A stretch of DNA of 64,000 nt from Halanaeroarchaeum sp. GTDB taxonomy: Archaea > Halobacteriota > Halobacteria > Halobacteriales > Halobacteriaceae. The stretch lies in NCBI GenBank assembly GCA_042216045.1, contig JBDGUE010000034.1, positions 92-64,091 on the forward strand. The letters run 5' to 3'. The notes beneath the pieces are model-generated. The model saw only the letters and a list, made by a program, of their open reading frames with translations, did no database searches and had not been told where the DNA came from. This document shows positions 9,545 to 18,485 of the stretch, piece by piece; position 1 is the first letter of the stretch, and the number at the start of each line of letters is the position of its first letter. The translations under genes and the position numbers were made by a program.

Positions 9545-10582
9545 GTGGTGGCCGGAGAAATCGACGCCATGCGAGAGATTGCGGACCGACTCGAGTCTGG
9601 CGCCGCGGTCGCGGTCACCGTCCTCCCCGACGGGAGCGTCGATCGACGGTCCGCGGTGGTCGACGCGGACGGCGACACGCTCAGCCGCGAGCGCCTGGCC
9701 GAGGCGATCGCGGACGGCGCGAAGACGTTCCTCACGACGGGACACGGCGTCGAAGCCGGCGGTCAGTCGGTCAACGCTGGACGACAGCTCTCCGCCCTCG
9801 GCGCGGAGACGACCGTGATCGGGCACCTCGATCACCCCCAGTTCGAGTCGCTCTCCTTCCGCACGTACTCGATGGGAGATCCCGCCGAGATTCACGTCTA
9901 CGAACTGGCCGACGGCGTCACCATGTTCGCCACCGAGTCGACGGACATCGAGACGTGGACCGTCGACCGCCTCCACGAGACCGTGGGTCCGGACGCCGAT
10001 CGGGTCCTGGGGAGTCGGGCGATCCTCTGGACGAACTGGGCGGCCTTCCCGCACGGTACCGCGGCCATCGCGGACCTGGCGGCAGCCGTGGATTCCGACC
10101 AGGTGTTCGCGCTCGACCCGGGGGCCGTCTCCACCCGCCCGCTCACGGACGCCGCGGCGCTCCTCGACGGCCTCGCCGCCCAGGACGTCGCGGGGGAGTT
10201 GATCGTGAGCCCCAACGGCGAGGAGGCCGATCGCCTCGCAGCGGCGATCGACGTGCCGAGCGGAGACCACTCGGTCACGGCGGCCGCGCTCCGGTCACAC
10301 ACCGGTGCGGACGCCGTCGTGATCCACGAGCGTGCGCGCGCGATCGCGGCCACCGCCGACGGCGTCACGACGGTGCCGACCGTCGAGGACCTGGAGCCGA
10401 CACGCCACGCCGGCGCCGGCGACGCCTTCAGCGCCGGCATCACGTACGCTCGCGCCCTGGCGTGGCCCTGGCCGGACGCCCTGACGCTCGCGAACGCGTG
10501 TGCGGCCCACTACCTCGTGCACGGTCGAACCGGCGACCGGGACGACCTGCAGGGCCTGCTCTCGAATCGCGGGCAGAACTGA
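9545..10582 (+). CDS. PfkB/ribokinase family carbohydrate kinase
   Basis: AGGQSVN, LDPG, SPNGEEA, HAGAGDAF anion hole; start uncertain (9545-9569). Confidence 0.78.
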   Translation: MVAGEIDAMREIADRLESGAAVAVTVLPDGSVDRRSAVVDADGDTLSRERLAEAIADGAKTFLTTGHGVEAGGQSVNAGRQLSALGAETTVIGHLDHPQFESLSFRTYSMGDPAEIHVYELADGVTMFATESTDIETWTVDRLHETVGPDADRVLGSRAILWTNWAAFPHGTAAIADLAAAVDSDQVFALDPGAVSTRPLTDAAALLDGLAAQDVAGELIVSPNGEEADRLAAAIDVPSGDHSVTAAALRSHTGADAVVIHERARAIAATADGVTTVPTVEDLEPTRHAGAGDAFSAGITYARALAWPWPDALTLANACAAHYLVHGRTGDRDDLQGLLSNRGQN

Positions 10583-10623
10583 CGCGGCGGTCGTCGGTTC
10601 GCGACGACGTCGACCGGCGACGA

Positions 10624-10944
10624 TCAGAAGGGGAGGAGGCGTCGCAACCAGGACCCCACGCCCCCGCCCTCCCGGGCCTCCTCGAAGACGGGATGGAGGG
10701 CGTTCAGGAGGTCGCGTCGCGACTCGAAGCGGTGGCGATCCGCCCGCGCGACGGCCTCCGAGAGTCGCATCGTGCGCCCCGACGGATCGTAGGGGATCTC
10801 CGGGTCGTCGAGGGCGTCGACGAGGGACTCCGCGTCGACGGGAAATCCCACCGATCCCTCGCGGAGTCGGTCGTCGAGCGCCGGGATCCCGAAGGCCACG
10901 GAGTCGGGTTCCGCGTCGTCCTCGGGTGGCGGTACTGCGGCCAT
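10624..10944 (-). CDS. Small haloarchaeal protein (DUF5789-like)
   Basis: VAFGIPALD..L....FPV, IPYDPSGR, F.SRRDLLNALHPVFE; acidic; ATG at 10944. Confidence 0.7.
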   Translation of the reverse strand: MAAVPPPEDDAEPDSVAFGIPALDDRLREGSVGFPVDAESLVDALDDPEIPYDPSGRTMRLSEAVARADRHRFESRRDLLNALHPVFEEAREGGGVGSWLRRLLPF

Positions 10945-10982
10945 GTGTTCGCGTGATGGCTCCGTTCGGAAATGTCTCCGGG

Positions 10983-11384
10983 TTAGGTCCCCTCGACGGG
11001 CGGCAGGTCGTCCTCGTCGTACTTGGCCCTGAACTCGCTGATCAGTTGTCCCATCTTGGCGTACCAGTCGTTGAGCAGGCGCTGCATGTCCTCGGCGATC
11101 ATCTCGGGATCGGTCGGTCGGTAGACGTGATAGTAGCCCCCCTGCTCGTAGTTGACCTGCTCTTTGGTGAGGAAGCCGGCCGAGAGCAGTCGCTGGACGG
11201 ACCGGTAGGCGGTGGATCGCTCGCGATCGACGGCCTCCGCGATCTCGTCGACGGTCATCGGCTCCTCCGCGCTCGTCAGCTCCTTGAAGACCTCCTTGTC
11301 GAGGGTCTTCAGACCGTGCATGCACTCGAGGAGTCCCTCGCACTGCATGTCCCGGGAGAGGTACTCGCTCATCGATTCGGGCAT
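10983..11384 (-). CDS. TrmB-like winged-HTH transcriptional regulator with N-terminal CxxxxxC
   Basis: DMQCEGLLECMHGL, MTVDEIAEAVDRERSTAYRSVQRL, GGYYHVY. Confidence 0.88.
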   Translation of the reverse strand: MPESMSEYLSRDMQCEGLLECMHGLKTLDKEVFKELTSAEEPMTVDEIAEAVDRERSTAYRSVQRLLSAGFLTKEQVNYEQGGYYHVYRPTDPEMIAEDMQRLLNDWYAKMGQLISEFRAKYDEDDLPPVEGT

Positions 11385-11475
11385 ATCGTCGCGAAATACG
11401 CGCGTTCCGGGCAAAAGCGTTGTGCAGAACGGTGACGATCGTCCACGGCCGGACGGCGCCGGGCGCGACCGGGGG

Positions 11476-11916
11476 TCAGGGCCCCGGAGCGTCCCCCGCC
11501 AGTCGCGAGCGGACGAATCCTTGCGCGTACGCCCCCGCGAACATCCCGCCGATGGCCCAGAGAATGGAGACGTTGCCGACCCCGAGGCTGGCGTAGGCCG
11601 CACCGGGACAGACCCCCGACAGCCCCCAGCCGGCACCGAAGATCACGGCCCCGATCACCACCCGTCGGTCGAGCGTCTTCAGTCGTCGGGTGTACGCACG
11701 CCCGCCGATCGGAGACGTCCCGCCGGAGCGCCTTGCGAGCGCGATGGCCGTCCCGGTCACGAGCGTGGCGACGGCCATCAGGACCGCGAGCCCCAGGTCC
11801 TCGAGTCGGAGGAACGAGAGGACCACCTCCATGTGGGTCATCTCGCCGACGGCGAGTCCGAACCCGAAGACGATTCCGCCGACGAACACGACGGCACGGG
11901 CCGCCCGCGAGACCAT
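11476..11916 (-). CDS. YeeE/YedE family sulfur-compound transport membrane protein (subunit B type)
   Basis: FGFGL, VVLSFL, GAVIFGAGWGLSGVCPG conserved Cys motif. Confidence 0.88.
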   Translation of the reverse strand: MVSRAARAVVFVGGIVFGFGLAVGEMTHMEVVLSFLRLEDLGLAVLMAVATLVTGTAIALARRSGGTSPIGGRAYTRRLKTLDRRVVIGAVIFGAGWGLSGVCPGAAYASLGVGNVSILWAIGGMFAGAYAQGFVRSRLAGDAPGP

Positions 11917-12398
11917 CAGGGGCGCACCCCCATCGCCGAGACCAGCGTCGCGGTGAGGATGCCGACGGCCATGAACACCGCGACGTTGACGAGGGACGTC
12001 CGGGAGCGCGAGGCGACGCCACAGATCCCGTGACCGGTCGTACACCCCTTCCCGACCCGCGTGCCGACGCCAACGAGGAATCCGCCGACGAGGAGCCGGT
12101 ACCACTGCACGTCGGTCCGCCAGGCCTCGCCGACGACGAACACCGCATAGAGGCCTGCGCCCGCGACGATGCCGAGGGTGAAGAGGTGGCGCCACGAGCG
12201 ACTGGCGGCGTACTGGCCGAACCGGGACAGCGAGGAGACGTGGGACAGCGTCGACTCGAGGTAGGTGCTCGATCCCGGGACGATTCCGGTGAGGACGTAG
12301 ATTCCGGCGATCCCGAGACCGATCAGGGCGCCACCGAGGACGTACTGTCCGAGGCCACGGGGAAAGACGTCGAGGAGCGACAGCGACGCGATGACCAT
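11916..12398 (-). CDS. YeeE/YedE family sulfur-compound transport membrane protein (subunit A type)
   Basis: GGALIGLG, GGFLVGVGTRVGKGCTTGHGICG motif; stop overlaps the next start. Confidence 0.9.
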   Translation of the reverse strand: MVIASLSLLDVFPRGLGQYVLGGALIGLGIAGIYVLTGIVPGSSTYLESTLSHVSSLSRFGQYAASRSWRHLFTLGIVAGAGLYAVFVVGEAWRTDVQWYRLLVGGFLVGVGTRVGKGCTTGHGICGVASRSRTSLVNVAVFMAVGILTATLVSAMGVRP

Positions 12399-13583
12399 TC
12401 AGACCCCCCGCAGTGCCTCGGTGCTCGTCGCACAGTTGTTCGGGCCGAGTTCGAGGCTGAAGGCGAGGTCCTCGCTCACCGACTCCTCGCCCAGGTTGAT
12501 CGCGATGATCGTGCGGTAGTTCGCCGGGCGGGGTGGCATGTCGGCGAGCACCTCCGCTGCGAACTCGGCGGCGTCGACCGAGAGGATCGGCATCGACTCG
12601 CGCAACTCCCCGACGGTGGCGGTGTAGGTGCCGTCGGCCGCTGGTTCCGCGGTCTCGCTGACGTGGCCGCCCGCGATCACCGTGTCATCGGAGCGGGTGA
12701 GGATCCGCTCGTGGATGGACTCGTGAAGGCGTCTGGCGGCCGCCTCGGCGCCGTCGGCGCCCGCCTCGAGGTCCGGGCGCGCCAGGCTCTCCGAGAAGAG
12801 GCCGTCGCCCGTGAGCAACACCTCGTCGTCGATCAGGAACGACGTCATCCCGGTCGTGTGTCCGGGCGTCGCGATCGCCTCGACGGTCGCCGCTCCGACG
12901 CGGAGGGTCTCCCCGTCGGCGATCGTCTCGACCTCGTCGGCGAAGGTGACGCCTCGCTCGGCGGCCCGCTCCGAGAGGACGCCCGTCGCCCCGCGCTCCG
13001 CGAGGGCGCGGACGCCGCTCACGTGGTCGGCGTGGACGTGGGTGTCGACGGCGTACGCGAGCGTCGCCCCCTCGGCTTCGGCGTCGGACCGATACCGGTC
13101 GGCGAAGGCCAGCAGCGGATCGAAGACGGCGGCCTCCGCGCCGTCGACCAGGAGGTAGGCCAGACACCCGGAGGAGGGCCGCTCGTACTGATAGAGTCGA
13201 CCCGCACCGTCGTACCGGGTGATCTCCCTCGCGACGGTGATCCGGGCCCAGCCCTCCATCCCGTTCGCGAGGTTCTTCGCGTCGATACCCCGTTCGCGGA
13301 GCATCCCCGCGATCTCCGCGCTCGAGCGACCCTTCGCGCACACGACGATCAGGGGGTCGTCCCGCGGAAGGGAGTCGAGGAGGTCCTCGTCGAGACCGCC
13401 CTCGAAGACGGTGCCCGGCACGTTCTCGACCTCGACGGCGTCGCCGTCGATGTACCACTCCGCGAACTCCTCCGGTCCGCGGACGTCGAGGATCGTGACC
13501 GATTCCCCCGCCTCGATGCGCTCGTAGAGTGCACGGGGGTCGATCGCGGTCCCGTCGTCGATCGATGCGGCGCCGGTGGTCAT
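12399..13583 (-). CDS. Rhodanese + MBL-fold (persulfide dioxygenase-like) fusion protein
   Basis: ILDVR..EF, active-site loop VCAKGRSS, NLANGMEGW; then GCLAY, THVHADH, TPGHT, TGD and C-terminal LELGPNNCA. Confidence 0.9.
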   Translation of the reverse strand: MTTGAASIDDGTAIDPRALYERIEAGESVTILDVRGPEEFAEWYIDGDAVEVENVPGTVFEGGLDEDLLDSLPRDDPLIVVCAKGRSSAEIAGMLRERGIDAKNLANGMEGWARITVAREITRYDGAGRLYQYERPSSGCLAYLLVDGAEAAVFDPLLAFADRYRSDAEAEGATLAYAVDTHVHADHVSGVRALAERGATGVLSERAAERGVTFADEVETIADGETLRVGAATVEAIATPGHTTGMTSFLIDDEVLLTGDGLFSESLARPDLEAGADGAEAAARRLHESIHERILTRSDDTVIAGGHVSETAEPAADGTYTATVGELRESMPILSVDAAEFAAEVLADMPPRPANYRTIIAINLGEESVSEDLAFSLELGPNNCATSTEALRGV

Positions 13584-13674
13584 GTCTGTCGACACAACGT
13601 GTCGCGCGGGCAAATAGCTGTATGCCGACGACGATCCCGCCGATTCCGTCTGCCGACGGCGGTCACGTCGATTC

Positions 13675-14133
13675 TCAGACCTCCGCGCCCCGGGCCTCGA
13701 TCCGGTCGGCCAGCGCCGTCACGTCTGCGGTGGCCGGGTCTGACACGCGCGCGAGAATCTCGCCCTCGACCGCCGACCGCGCCACGTCCCCCACGAGCAC
13801 GGTCGGAACGGGCACCGCCTTGAACCCCTCCGCGAGGACGAAGGCGAACCCGTCGCCGAGGAGGTCGAGACCACGCTCGAGTCGACGGTCGCCGTCGTGT
13901 TCTTCTGCCTCCCGCCGGACCTGGAACGACAGCGAGGGCGTGACCCCGACGACGGCGTCGGCCCCGGCCGTCCGGTGACGGTGGGTGTCCTTTCCCGGCG
14001 TGTCGACCTCGACGTCGTGATGGATCGACTTCACCGTCCCCACCCGACCACGCTCCCCCAGAGTCGGGACCAGTCGCTCGATCAGCGTCGTCTTTCCGCT
14101 GTCCTGATACCCGGCGATGGCGACGAGGCGCAT
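13675..14133 (-). CDS. mobB: Molybdopterin-guanine dinucleotide biosynthesis protein B
   Basis: GYQDSGKTT P-loop, VKSIHH, DTPGKDTHRH..AGA, LAEGFK. Confidence 0.92.
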   Translation of the reverse strand: MRLVAIAGYQDSGKTTLIERLVPTLGERGRVGTVKSIHHDVEVDTPGKDTHRHRTAGADAVVGVTPSLSFQVRREAEEHDGDRRLERGLDLLGDGFAFVLAEGFKAVPVPTVLVGDVARSAVEGEILARVSDPATADVTALADRIEARGAEV

Positions 14134-14261
14134 GTCAGACCCGAGGGCCGCTCCGCCTTTAGGTGGTCCGGGCTCGATCGGCGGCGTCCGACGCGTCACG
14201 TCGTGGGCAGATCGCGTGTGTCGTCGCCCGAAGACTGTCCACGACCGCGAACGACCGCCCC

Positions 14262-14291
14262 GTCATCCCACCGATTCGTCGAGGGGATGAC
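14262..14291. other. Stem-loop in the mobB/dsrE divergent intergenic region
   Basis: GTCATCCC(14262-69) pairs with GGGATGAC(14284-91); inner CGA-TTCG-TCG. Confidence 0.55.
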
Positions 14292-14488
14292 ACGGCCGAA
14301 GACGCGATTGTGAACGCTCTCAGTATCGGATAATCTGCTCGCACCTTTTTAGGCGATCGGCACCGAGTGTGTACCGACGGTTCACGACAGGTGATCGCAG
14401 ACATGACCCACGAACCCAGTCGGACGGTGGCGTCGATCGCGAACTCGGAGATCCCCGGACGGGGCCCCTGCTGTGGCGGTGACTCCCG

Positions 14489-15043
14489 ATGAGCGAAGAA
14501 GCACCATCCGTCGAGGAACTGCGGGTCCAGATCGAGGCCCTGGAGGAACGCCTCGACGAGGTCGTCATGGAGGACGAAGACGACACCACGAAGATGACCA
14601 TCGTGGCCGTGAGCGGCACCCTCGACATGGCCTACCCGACGCTCATCCTGAGTTCGATCGCGGGGGCCTTCGACTGGGACGTCACCGTCTTCGCGTCCTT
14701 CTGGGCCCTCGACATGCTCCACGAGGAGAAGTACGACGACCTGAAGATGTCCTCGGCTGGCAACCCCGCAATGCCGGTTCCGAACCTCCTCGCGGTCCTC
14801 CCGGGCATGGACGCCGCGACGACGTGGATGATGCGGCGGCGGATCGACGAGGTCGGCACGGACACCGTCCCCGAACTCATCGAGCGTGCGATGGCGGTGG
14901 GCGTCGAGTTCCAGGCCTGTCAGATGACCATGGACCTCATGGACTACGAGGACGACGACTTCATCGAGGGCGTGACGACCGGCGTCGGCGCGGCCAACGC
15001 CCTGCGCAACATGGCCGACTCGGACGTCCAGTTGCTGGTCTGA
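14489..15043 (+). CDS. DsrE/DsrF/DrsH-like (DsrE2-type) sulfur carrier protein
   Basis: KMTIVAVSGTLDMAYP.LIL, VTVFASFWALDML, FQACQMTMDLM conserved Cys. Confidence 0.88.
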   Translation: MSEEAPSVEELRVQIEALEERLDEVVMEDEDDTTKMTIVAVSGTLDMAYPTLILSSIAGAFDWDVTVFASFWALDMLHEEKYDDLKMSSAGNPAMPVPNLLAVLPGMDAATTWMMRRRIDEVGTDTVPELIERAMAVGVEFQACQMTMDLMDYEDDDFIEGVTTGVGAANALRNMADSDVQLLV

Positions 15044-15156
15044 CCCGCTCGCGCCCCGGTCGACGCGTCCGTCGTCGATCCGTCGCCTCGATCCGCGTCT
15101 CTCCTCCGATCCGCAGTCACCCCCGAAACTATCGGGCCCCGCGCTGTACGGGGCCC

Positions 15157-15921
15157 ATGCCTATCGACGTCACCGACGACGACGGCGTCCGGACGATCGC
15201 GATCGACCGCCCCGAGGCGAGAAACGCGCTCACGCTCTCGATGGCGCGCGACCTGGCTGCCGGAATCGAGACGGCGACTCCGGACGACCACGACGCGATC
15301 GTCCTGAAGGGGCGCGGATCGGCCTTCTGTGCGGGTGGCGACGTCGTCGCCATGCGGGAGCGGAGCACGGACGTGCGCGAGGAGTACGACCGCATCGCCG
15401 ATTCCTTCGGTCGCCTCGTCGAGGCCGCGATGACCGCGGACGTGCCGCTCGTCGCCAAGGTGGACGGCGACGCCGTGGGGGCCGGTCTCTCGCTCGCGGC
15501 GGTCAGCGATCTGGCCTACGCGAGCGAGTCGGCCACGTTCAGCGTCGCCTTCGTCCGGGTCGGACTGGTCCCCGACACCGGGGGATCGGTGTTGCTCCCC
15601 CACCTGATCGGCCTGCGAGAGACCAAGCGGCTGGCGCTCACCGGCGAGTTCGTCGACGGCGCGGAGGCGGCCGACCTCGGACTGGTGACGGCGGCCGTCC
15701 CGGCCGACGACCTCGACGAGCGGGTCGCCACGGCCCTGGAGACCATCGGCGAGTATCCGACGCGAACGCTCGGCCTCGTGCGCGAGACCATCAACGAGGG
15801 ACTCGGTCGGGACTGGCGCTCGGCACTGACCGCGGAGAACCAGCGCCAGGCACAGGCCCGGGACACCGACGAGCACGCAGAGCGCCTCGACGCGTTTCTC
15901 GAGCAGTGGGGCCTCGAGTGA
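15157..15921 (+). CDS. Enoyl-CoA hydratase/isomerase family protein
   Basis: IDRPEARNAL, AFCAGGDV, GDAVGAG, GLVPDTGG. Confidence 0.92.
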   Translation: MPIDVTDDDGVRTIAIDRPEARNALTLSMARDLAAGIETATPDDHDAIVLKGRGSAFCAGGDVVAMRERSTDVREEYDRIADSFGRLVEAAMTADVPLVAKVDGDAVGAGLSLAAVSDLAYASESATFSVAFVRVGLVPDTGGSVLLPHLIGLRETKRLALTGEFVDGAEAADLGLVTAAVPADDLDERVATALETIGEYPTRTLGLVRETINEGLGRDWRSALTAENQRQAQARDTDEHAERLDAFLEQWGLE

Positions 15922-16017
15922 TCGTCTGCGCCGTCGGGGGCCGTCCCGAGTGCGGCCGCCGGGTCGTCGGGGCCCGACAACGAAATCTTATCAGTGGTGA
16001 CGCGCGCATGGTATCCC

Positions 16018-17103
16018 ATGAGGGGGACGATCGGTCGACGAACGATCGCCGTCGCGGCCGCCATGGCGGTCGTGCTCGGGGCCACGGCACCCGCACTGGG
16101 GGCGGGGAGCAGTGCGGTCGGGGCCCCGGCGAGCGTCGATCCCGACGCCGTCTTCATCGGGATCGACGTCCAGGCCGACGGCGACGCGCAGTGGACGATA
16201 GCGTATCGGGTTCGTCTGGAGACGGCGAACGAGACGGCCGCGTATCGGGACATCGTCGCGGACGTCAGGGACAACCGAAGCGCCTACCGCGAGCGCTTCG
16301 CCACCCGCATTTCCGGCACGGTGGCGGCGGCCGAGAACGCGACCGAGAGGCGGATGAACGCCACGAACGTCACCGTCTCGGCCTCGATCCGCGAGTTGCC
16401 CCAGACCTACGGCGTGTTGACGTACACGTTCGTCTGGGAGAACTTCGCGGCCGTCGAAGGCGAGACGCTCCGCGTCGGTGAGGCCATCCGCGGGTTCTTC
16501 CTCGACAGCGAGACGACGATGGTCGTCTCCTGGCCGACGAACTACGGGGCGACGACGGTCCTCCCGGAGCCGACGGATCGGCGCGCGAACGCCGTCACCT
16601 GGGTCGGCCCACTCGAGTTCGCCGATGGGACCCCCCTCGTCGTCCTCGAACCCGAACCGGCCACTACCACGGCGCCGTCCCCCACGACCCCGAGTTCGAG
16701 CGGGTCGAACGACGCGCTCCTCCTGATCGGTGCCGTCTTCGGACTCCTCGTCGTCTTCGCCTTGATCGCGGTCTGGTACGTGAGAGAGCGCGAGGGAGAG
16801 CCGGAGCCCACAGACGCACCCGGGCCGGGACCGGACGGGGACGGAGAGACCGACGTCGAGACCGCGCCGTCGGAGACGGACCCGGCCGAGGCGGACCTCC
16901 TGAGCAACGAGGAGCGCGTCCTCGGATACCTTCGCGAGCAGGGCGGTCGCGCGAAACAGCAGGAGATCGTCGACGGCCTGGACTGGACCGAGGCGAAGAC
17001 GAGCCAGGTGCTCTCCTCGATGCAGTCCGAGGGCGAGGTGGAGAAGTTCCGTATCGGTCGCGAGAACGTCGTCAAACTGCCGGAGGAGGGAGAAAAACGA
17101 TGA
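16018..17103 (+). CDS. Membrane-anchored regulator: signal peptide, extracellular domain, TM helix, C-terminal winged HTH
   Basis: Hydrophobic N-terminus, Thr/Pro linker, TM LLLIGAVFGLLVVFALIAVWYV, LLSNEERVL..L...GGRAKQQEIV..LDWTEAKTSQVLS. Confidence 0.85.
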   Translation: MRGTIGRRTIAVAAAMAVVLGATAPALGAGSSAVGAPASVDPDAVFIGIDVQADGDAQWTIAYRVRLETANETAAYRDIVADVRDNRSAYRERFATRISGTVAAAENATERRMNATNVTVSASIRELPQTYGVLTYTFVWENFAAVEGETLRVGEAIRGFFLDSETTMVVSWPTNYGATTVLPEPTDRRANAVTWVGPLEFADGTPLVVLEPEPATTTAPSPTTPSSSGSNDALLLIGAVFGLLVVFALIAVWYVREREGEPEPTDAPGPGPDGDGETDVETAPSETDPAEADLLSNEERVLGYLREQGGRAKQQEIVDGLDWTEAKTSQVLSSMQSEGEVEKFRIGRENVVKLPEEGEKR

Positions 17104-17189
17104 CACTGAGCGATAAACTGGCCTTAATTCGGCCGAACTCGCGCACACGGCCGCGTGGAGATATCAGTGCGCGGGACGAACGGCCGACC

Positions 17190-18443
17190 ATGACCCGGGG
17201 AAGAACGATCGGCGTCGTCGCGCTCGTCGTCCTCGCCACCGTTGCGGGTGCCGTCGGCGTCGTCGCGGGGGCGGGCCAGTCGGCCGTCGCCGACGCGGAC
17301 CGGTCGAGTGTCGACGCCGACCGGACGAGAGTCGCCGCGTCGGGCATCCACGCGACCGGAGGCGCTCCGCTCGCAGCGACGAACGGTACGACGACGCGCG
17401 GTGGGACTACCGGCGGGGCGAACGCCACGAACACGAACGCCACGCGGACCACGACGACGCAGAACGGATCGGTCGACGCCACCGTCGACGCGTCGAACGG
17501 GACGATCTCGCCGGGTGCCAGACTCGCCGGCCTGATCGGCGCGCGACAGGCCGAGCATCGCGGGGCCGTCGAGACGCGAGCGCTCGCCGTCCGCTTCGAG
17601 CGCGCCGAGACCAACGCGAGCGACGCGGCGATCGTGGCGAACGCGACCGAGCGCATCGAGGAGCGCATCGCGGCCCTCGAGGATCGACTCGAGACGGTCG
17701 AGCGTCGATACGAAAACGGGACCATCTCGAGGGGCACCTACTACGGACGAGTGACGTCGCTCACGGCGCGGATCGAGGCGCTCGAGCGAATGGCGAACCG
17801 GACCGTCGCACACGCGAGAGCGCTCCCCGCCCCGGCGCTCCGGGCCCACGGCGTCGACGTGACCGAGGTCGCGGCACTCGCGAACCGCACCCGCGGCCTC
17901 GGGTCGTCACGCGCCGCGGCGATCGCGAAACGCGTCGCTGGACCCGCGGTCGGTCGTCCGGTCGGCACACCGCCCGGCCGCCCGAACGGTTCCGTCGGGC
18001 CACCTGGGCGGGTGGGAACCGGTCCGGGGAGCCACGCCGGCGAGACCCCACCGGACCACGCCGGCCCGACGAACCGGACGCGGGGACCGACGGGAGGGCA
18101 GAACGGAACGACCGACCAGGGCGCCGCGGATCGCCCGACCGATCGCCCGTCCGACGTCTCGAACGCGACGATCGGACCGCCGAGTGACGCGGGCGCGGCC
18201 GATCGAGCACCGCAGCGGAACGCCTCGCGAGGGCAGGGACGGGACGCGAACCGGAGCGACCCCGTCGCCGCGCCCCCCAACCGTACGGCAGACGGGCCAG
18301 GTGAACCGGATCGACCCCGCCCGCCAGAGCGAGCCAATCGCAGTGACCGACCCGACCGTTCCGGTACGACCGGGGCCGACAACCCGCTCTCGAGGGTCGC
18401 CACGGCCGGTCTCGATCTCGTCTCCTCTCTCCTCGGTCGGTGA
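17190..18443 (+). CDS. Secreted, putatively heavily N-glycosylated protein
   Basis: Signal peptide; ISPGARLAGLIGA and coiled-coil region (ERRYENGTIS.GTY); Pro/Gly/Arg-rich tail; 18 N-x-S/T sequons. Confidence 0.75.
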   Translation: MTRGRTIGVVALVVLATVAGAVGVVAGAGQSAVADADRSSVDADRTRVAASGIHATGGAPLAATNGTTTRGGTTGGANATNTNATRTTTTQNGSVDATVDASNGTISPGARLAGLIGARQAEHRGAVETRALAVRFERAETNASDAAIVANATERIEERIAALEDRLETVERRYENGTISRGTYYGRVTSLTARIEALERMANRTVAHARALPAPALRAHGVDVTEVAALANRTRGLGSSRAAAIAKRVAGPAVGRPVGTPPGRPNGSVGPPGRVGTGPGSHAGETPPDHAGPTNRTRGPTGGQNGTTDQGAADRPTDRPSDVSNATIGPPSDAGAADRAPQRNASRGQGRDANRSDPVAAPPNRTADGPGEPDRPRPPERANRSDRPDRSGTTGADNPLSRVATAGLDLVSSLLGR

Positions 18444-18485
18444 TCGAATCGAAAGCCTCGTGAGGGCCTGTCACGGCGTTCGACC

